From: a virus
Reading direction: 5' to 3' (one strand)
Length of the DNA stretch: 64,000 nucleotides
Virus record (IMG/VR): IMGVR_UViG_3300024520_000062
Span: 3,189 to 67,188 of that record
Every line of letters begins with the position of its first letter. The stretch's first letter is position 1. Under the pieces are notes generated by a model. That model had not been told where the DNA came from. It saw nothing but the letters and a program-made list of their open reading frames with translations, and made no database searches. Shown here in pieces: positions 58,859-64,000 of the stretch. A program made the position numbers and the translations under genes.

Positions 58859-60289
58859 ATGGCAGGAAACGACACCCCAGACTACGAGAGTCAAGCATAC
58901 ATCGACCAGACGCCGGACTGGATCGTATTGGACGATGTTTCCCGTGGAACAAGGTGGATGCGTAAGCGCAGCACCACTTACCTACCGAAGAACCCCTCCG
59001 AAACAGATGATGAGTACGATCGCCGGATAGCGGCCAGCGAGTTCTTCAATGGGCTCAACCGCACTATCAAGGGTTTGGTCGGGATGGTCTTCCGCCGGAA
59101 TCCCGTGATGGAAGAGGACGTCTCGGAGGGCTTCAAGCTTCACTGGGAAAACATCGACAACGCCGGCACCCACGGCGACGTGTTCTCTCGTCAGGTATTC
59201 GAGGAGGGCTGGAGACTAGGGCACTCCTGTATTCTGGTGGACTACCCCGAGGTGCCGACCAACACCAACGGCGCTCCGCTCTCGATAGCCGAGGAACGCG
59301 AGACGGGGGTCCGGCCATACTGGCTCCACATCTCCCCACTGGACATCATCAACTGGCGCGTCGAGGTCATCAACGGCCAGAAGGTATTGACTCAGGTGAC
59401 CATTCGGTTTGTCGAAATGGTGCCGGACGGGGAGTTCGGAGAAGAGAACATCACCACCTACCGGGTGTACAAGAAGGTTGACGACGAGATCACTTGGGAT
59501 CGCTGGGCCCCCGACGCCAAGAGCAATCTGACGATCACCGACTCAGGTGTTCTGACCAACCAAACGTCGATCCCGCTGGCCGTCATCTACACGGGTCGGA
59601 AGATCGATGAACTGGTCAGCGCCCCGTCGTTGCTCGATCTGTCTTACACCAACATCGCTCACTGGAACGTCCAGTCAGACCACCGCCACTCCCTTCACAT
59701 CGCCAGCGTGCCCATCCCGATCTTCAAGGGTCGCGACACCACCGAGGGCGAGCAGGAGATGGGGCCAAACATCGGGATCGACATCGACGTCGATGGCGAT
59801 GTGTTCTACTTAGAGCACACGGGCGCGGCGCTGGGCCAAACCCGTGACGAGCAGAAAGATCTCGAGCAGCGCATGGCGATTCAGGGCCTCGCTATGCTGC
59901 AGCGGGAGACGCGATCGGCAGAAACGGCGGAGGCCAAGAAGATCGACAAGAGTGAGCAGGATTCCAGCCTCGCCGCGTCCGCTCGATCGCTACAGGACGG
60001 CCTCGAGTTGGCTTTAGTCTTCCATGAACGGTATCTGGGCAACGACACAGCGGGCTCGATCACGATCAATCAGGAATTCGAGCGGCTGACCATGAGCCCC
60101 GAGGACATCAACGCCTACAACAACTTGGTGGCGTCCGGCAATATCAGCCGTGAGACGTTCTGGAATGTCATGGTACAGGGCAACTCCATGCCCAATGGGT
60201 TCGATCCGACCAAGGAGTTGGCGCGACTGGAGGCCACGACGCTGCCGATGCCAGATGAGGGCGACGACGACGATCCGCTGGGTGAGTGA
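58859..60289 (+). CDS. Portal protein (DUF4055-type)
   Basis: Follows TerL; YLPK..E..YDRR, ENIDNAG, PSLLDLSYTNIAHWNVQSD, ETAEA. Confidence 0.88.
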   Translation: MAGNDTPDYESQAYIDQTPDWIVLDDVSRGTRWMRKRSTTYLPKNPSETDDEYDRRIAASEFFNGLNRTIKGLVGMVFRRNPVMEEDVSEGFKLHWENIDNAGTHGDVFSRQVFEEGWRLGHSCILVDYPEVPTNTNGAPLSIAEERETGVRPYWLHISPLDIINWRVEVINGQKVLTQVTIRFVEMVPDGEFGEENITTYRVYKKVDDEITWDRWAPDAKSNLTITDSGVLTNQTSIPLAVIYTGRKIDELVSAPSLLDLSYTNIAHWNVQSDHRHSLHIASVPIPIFKGRDTTEGEQEMGPNIGIDIDVDGDVFYLEHTGAALGQTRDEQKDLEQRMAIQGLAMLQRETRSAETAEAKKIDKSEQDSSLAASARSLQDGLELALVFHERYLGNDTAGSITINQEFERLTMSPEDINAYNNLVASGNISRETFWNVMVQGNSMPNGFDPTKELARLEATTLPMPDEGDDDDPLGE

Positions 60290-61107
60290 TGCCCGCCGAT
60301 CCCATCAAGCGTACCCTGCGCCGCGTAGCACAGCGCAGGAAGATCGAGGAAGCCACCAAGGTCAGGGTCCGACGTCGAATGGCGAAGACCCAGAAAGACT
60401 TGGCTGAACTGATACGCGACAACCCCATAGCCGACATCTCTCCCGGCCGGCGACAGCAGCGCGTTAATTCCGTGGTGCGGCGCGGTCAAACCATGATCGC
60501 CAACATGTACAGCGATCTCCGGGCCGTTACCAATAGAAGCCTCCGCTCCCTGTCCATGGGAGAGGCCCGTGAAGTGCGAGCGGCGATCGCCGCCATGGTG
60601 GAAGTCCAGATCGCACGGGTCCGTATCCCCAGCGACAACCAATTGCGAGCCATTGTGTCGTCCGATCTGGTGCAGGGGGCGCCGCTGGGTAAGTGGTGGG
60701 GCCGGCACAACGCGGGCGCCCAGTTGGCGTATCAGGCTCAGATCCAGCAGGGAATGATCCAAGGGGAAGGGGTCGATGCTCTGGTGACCCGCATCAGAGG
60801 GGTGCGAGGCCCGAAAGGCAACATGGTGCGTGGGGTGATCTCCATCGGCCAGCAAGCGGCGGAATCGCTGGTCCGCACATCGGTTACTCAGGTGGCGAAC
60901 AAGGCCGCTGCTCTGACTTACCTCAAGAATCCGAAGCTGACAGAGGCCTACCAGTACTGGGCCGTGCTGGATGAGCGCACCACCGATATCTGTCTGGGCT
61001 TACACACTTTGACGTGGCGTTACGATGATCCGGCGCAGGTACTGCCGCCCCAGCATTGGGGTTGTCGCTCGACCATAATCCCCATCCTGCTTGCGGATCG
61101 GGGCTGA
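60286..61107 (+). CDS. Head morphogenesis protein (SPP1 gp7/Mu F-like)
   Basis: LVRTS, AVLDERTTDIC, PPQHWGCRS. Confidence 0.88.
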   Translation: MMPADPIKRTLRRVAQRRKIEEATKVRVRRRMAKTQKDLAELIRDNPIADISPGRRQQRVNSVVRRGQTMIANMYSDLRAVTNRSLRSLSMGEAREVRAAIAAMVEVQIARVRIPSDNQLRAIVSSDLVQGAPLGKWWGRHNAGAQLAYQAQIQQGMIQGEGVDALVTRIRGVRGPKGNMVRGVISIGQQAAESLVRTSVTQVANKAAALTYLKNPKLTEAYQYWAVLDERTTDICLGLHTLTWRYDDPAQVLPPQHWGCRSTIIPILLADRG

Positions 61108-61169
61108 GTTTCCTAACTTGGGCCTATCCAGCAACATTCATGCCAACCGTCTCTGGGAGACTACCCACC

Positions 61170-61988
61170 ATGCCGCAACTGACCGCCATAGTAGAGTCGT
61201 TGGACGACGTAGCAGAGGCGCACCGAGATTTGTATGTCGAAGACGAAGAGAACGGAGTCTTTCGGTTGGACGTGGAGCCAACATCGGCGGAGCAGGCATT
61301 CGCGGCGGGGTTGAAGAATAGTCGCGACACGTTGCTCAAGGAAAAGAAGAAGATCGAGAAAGAACTCAAGGGTCGGATGACCACTGAGCAGCGCGAGGCG
61401 CTTGAGACGGAGCGCGACGAACTGCGAGAGCAGTTGGCGGGCAAAAAGAAAGACCCTGACGGCGAAGACATGGTGTCGAAGTCTGAGGTCGAGCGGGTAC
61501 GGCTGCTGACCATCGAGGAGAAGGACAAGGAAGTCCTCACTGAGAGAGAGGCGAAAGCCGGAGCCGTTTCAGAGGTGGAAAGACTTCTGGTTGAGAACGC
61601 TGGCGTGATGGCGTGTCAATCGGAGAAGGGATCGGCGCGGTTGTTGATGCCGGAGATTCGTGCCAACACCAAAGTCGTTCGGAACGACGACGGCACGTAT
61701 CGAGCAGACGTCCTCGACGCACAAGGACATCCACGGATCAACGTGGCGGACGGCTCGCCGTTCACGATCCTTCAGTTGGTGCAGGAGTTGAAGAAAGACC
61801 CTGATTTCCAAGGAGTGTTCGAGGGAGCAGGGTCGTCCGGCAGCGGGGCTGGCGACAAGAAGCGTTCCGGTGGGGCCGGACAATCGAAGAAGGCAGCGGA
61901 CATGTCCGTGTCCGAGAAGGTCGCCTTCATTGGAGAACATGGCAACGAGGCGTGGGAAACAAAAGTCCACGCAGAATCGGGGCCGTAA
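61170..61988 (+). CDS. Capsid scaffolding protein
   Basis: SLDDVAEAHRDLYVE..FRLDV, coiled coil, FEGAGSSGSGA; directly before the MCP. Confidence 0.75.
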   Translation: MPQLTAIVESLDDVAEAHRDLYVEDEENGVFRLDVEPTSAEQAFAAGLKNSRDTLLKEKKKIEKELKGRMTTEQREALETERDELREQLAGKKKDPDGEDMVSKSEVERVRLLTIEEKDKEVLTEREAKAGAVSEVERLLVENAGVMACQSEKGSARLLMPEIRANTKVVRNDDGTYRADVLDAQGHPRINVADGSPFTILQLVQELKKDPDFQGVFEGAGSSGSGAGDKKRSGGAGQSKKAADMSVSEKVAFIGEHGNEAWETKVHAESGP

Positions 61989-62005
61989 CCACCGGAGCGT
62001 GACTC

Positions 62006-62992
62006 ATGGCAATTGGTAAAGGATCTGACTTCGTCATCTATAACGAGGAATTCTACGGTGGGATGGCCGAGGCCATCGCCCAGAACCTCGCAGTTTTCAA
62101 CGCCGCGTCGGCCGGCTCCGTCCGGCTGGTCGCTAACAAGCTGATTGGCGACTACAACAAGGAATCCTTCCTGCAGGACGTGGCGAACCTGATCACCCGG
62201 CGTGATCTGACCTCCGTGTCGGCAGCGACCGACCTCGCGATGACTCAGGCTGAGTTCATCGGCGTCAAGGTACACCGGAAGATCGGCCCGGCTACTCAGA
62301 CGCTCGATGCGTGGAGAAAGATCGGGAAGGATCAGCGGGAAATGTCCTTCAAGCTCGGCGGGATGATCGGCGAGCGGAAGACGCAGGACATGGTCAACAC
62401 TTCCATCATGGCAGTTGAAGCCGCGCTGGAAGGTCAAGCCTCCCAGAACCACGACGGCACAGGCAGTACCCTCACTCATGGCTTGCTGAACACCGCACTG
62501 TCGAAGATGGGCGATGCGGGCAACCGTGTCGTGGCGTGGGTAATGCACTCCTCTTCGTGGTATCAGTTGGCTGGTCAGTCGATCACCGACAAGATCACCA
62601 ACGTGGCCGACGTGCAGATCAAGGAAGGCACCGCCTTCTCGCTCGGTCGTCCGACCATCGTCACTGATGCCGCCTCGCTGTTCGAGGTTGGCGCCACCAC
62701 CACAGGCGACGACGCCTACGCCGTACTCGGTCTGGTAAGCGGCGCGGTGGTGTGTACTGAGTCCGAGGATCAGGATCTGGTGTCTGAGGTCGTGACGGGT
62801 CTGGAGCAGCTGTCCTTCAGAATTCAGGGGGAGTACGCTTTCAACCTGAACATGAAGGGTATGCAGTGGGATATCGGCAACGGCGGGGCCAACCCGCTCG
62901 ATACCGCGATCGCCACCACGACCAACTGGGACAAGATCGCGACCGACGCGAAGGATCTGCCGGGCGTCCGGCTCACGGTAGACGCCGCGTAA
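62006..62992 (+). CDS. Major capsid protein
   Basis: 328 aa after the scaffold; FNAASAGSVRL, WVMHS, LGRPTIVTD, NWDK..KDLPGV. Confidence 0.88.
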   Translation: MAIGKGSDFVIYNEEFYGGMAEAIAQNLAVFNAASAGSVRLVANKLIGDYNKESFLQDVANLITRRDLTSVSAATDLAMTQAEFIGVKVHRKIGPATQTLDAWRKIGKDQREMSFKLGGMIGERKTQDMVNTSIMAVEAALEGQASQNHDGTGSTLTHGLLNTALSKMGDAGNRVVAWVMHSSSWYQLAGQSITDKITNVADVQIKEGTAFSLGRPTIVTDAASLFEVGATTTGDDAYAVLGLVSGAVVCTESEDQDLVSEVVTGLEQLSFRIQGEYAFNLNMKGMQWDIGNGGANPLDTAIATTTNWDKIATDAKDLPGVRLTVDAA

Positions 62993-63004
62993 GCGGAGTC
63001 CACG

Positions 63005-63847
63005 GTGCATGTGGGTCTGTATGGCAGGTCCACTGACGATGCGATGGCTGCACTCGCGCAGGGTGTGAGTGCAGCCGGGCATCAGGTGACCTTCCGACGG
63101 GTTGAGGTGTTTAAGCCAGATCAGGTCGAGGACTTTGATTTGGTGGTCGTGACGGGTATCGGCACTTCGCTGACAGAGGCACCACGCCTCTGCCAGCGTA
63201 CATACCACGATCGTGGCACTCCGACTCTGGTGTACGACCTCGGGCACGTTCGGCGAAAAGAGTATCACCGTCTGGGCGTGAACAGACTGTACGCCATCCC
63301 CCTTGCACCCCTGCCGAGGGATCGGTTCGACCTTTTGGGGTTCGACTCGATTCGCCCACTTGGTGATCAGGTGCTGATTTGCCAAGACCTTCCACTGGGG
63401 TTGCCCCAGAACCAGAGCGCGTCTTTGCACGCGCAGTGGGGGTGGGAGGTGTACGGTAAGTTGAAAAACGTCACGGATCGGACGATACGGTATCGCCCAC
63501 ATCCGTTCACAGTGAGTAGGGGATCGTTGCCGGGTGATGAAGTCAGCAATGCCCGCGACGAACCGATGCAGGAAGCGTTGCGTCAAGCAGCGGTGGTGAT
63601 CACCCGATGGGGAGGTTCGGGAACCGATGCGATCCTCCACGGCGTCCCGGTGGTCTGTGACCCCGAGGCGTTCTATGCCGAGTATGCGGAGACGGATCTG
63701 TCCATGGTGGATGATCCGATGCTGTTGCCAGAAGCCAAGCGCGTGGAATTCGGTAGTCGCTTGGCATATACCCAATGGACGCTCACCGAGCTATCGGAGC
63801 GCCAGAACGCGGAAATAATCTTGCAACAGGCATTGGTCGCCGCATGA
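63005..63847 (+). CDS. Glycosyltransferase-like protein (KpsS/KpsC-like C-terminal domain)
   Basis: IRYRPHP and VIT..G.GTDAILHGVPVV motifs. Confidence 0.6.
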   Translation: MHVGLYGRSTDDAMAALAQGVSAAGHQVTFRRVEVFKPDQVEDFDLVVVTGIGTSLTEAPRLCQRTYHDRGTPTLVYDLGHVRRKEYHRLGVNRLYAIPLAPLPRDRFDLLGFDSIRPLGDQVLICQDLPLGLPQNQSASLHAQWGWEVYGKLKNVTDRTIRYRPHPFTVSRGSLPGDEVSNARDEPMQEALRQAAVVITRWGGSGTDAILHGVPVVCDPEAFYAEYAETDLSMVDDPMLLPEAKRVEFGSRLAYTQWTLTELSERQNAEIILQQALVAA

Positions 63848-64000
63848 GTAACCCGGTTCGCGGGGGCTTTGCATTCGACTGGTTGATGAAGTATCACCAG
63901 TTCGAGACGGTGCTGGACGTTGGGAGTGGCGGGGAAGTGCATCAGAACGACGTCGGCAGCTACTTCCAGCGGGCGGGGGAAGTAGGGAAAACGGTGAACC
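63844..64000 (+). CDS. SAM-dependent methyltransferase, 3' truncated
   Basis: My translation MSNPVRGGFAFDWLMKYHQFETVLDVGSGG contains class I motif I (VLDVGSG). Confidence 0.6.
   Translation, partial: MSNPVRGGFAFDWLMKYHQFETVLDVGSGGEVHQNDVGSYFQRAGEVGKTVN

Noticed and set aside
61772-63775. 667-aa minus-strand ORF and other long antisense ORFs
   Set aside because: They are shadows of well-supported + strand genes in GC-rich DNA and carry no recognisable motifs.
1-64000. Stop-codon reassignment or a diversity-generating retroelement
   Set aside because: Genes are full length in the standard code, no canonical CUA/UUA/UCA suppressor anticodon was found, and no reverse transcriptase or TR/VR pair was seen.

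Overview
The window is most of a tailed dsDNA phage genome (siphovirus-like, GC-rich, nearly all genes on +), circularly permuted. Order: tail tube, chaperone, tape measure, distal tail and baseplate (1-9.8 kb); lysis cassette (9.8-12.8 kb); fibre/decoration module with a 1423-aa Thr/Ala/Val/Ser repeat protein (13.6-20.7 kb); a control region followed by a ~880-nt structured RNA resembling GOLLD, with a tRNA embedded in it (21.0-22.2 kb); small genes and a replication/recombination module (SNF2, SSB-like, DnaG-MCM fusion, YqaJ, radical SAM, VRR-NUC; 22-37 kb); an accessory region built from repeated promoter + GGTTACTGAC + RBS cassettes and containing tRNA-like mini-RNAs (37-46.6 kb); a patterned non-coding array (mirror-symmetric 18-bp dyads, sigma54-type sites, IHF-like dyad) next to an ArdC island (46.7-50.5 kb); TerS, small genes and a tRNA cluster with several aberrant tRNAs (52.6-56.4 kb); TerL, portal, head proteins, MCP and glycosyl-/methyltransferase-like genes (57.5-64 kb). 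I recognised no integrase or DNA polymerase. Family calls come from motif recognition by eye, not database searches. The strongest candidates for new biology are non-coding: anticodon-less RNAs carrying alanine identity elements (like the tRNA-like domain of tmRNA) and other tRNA mimics, the dyad/sigma54 site array, and two related inverted-repeat elements.
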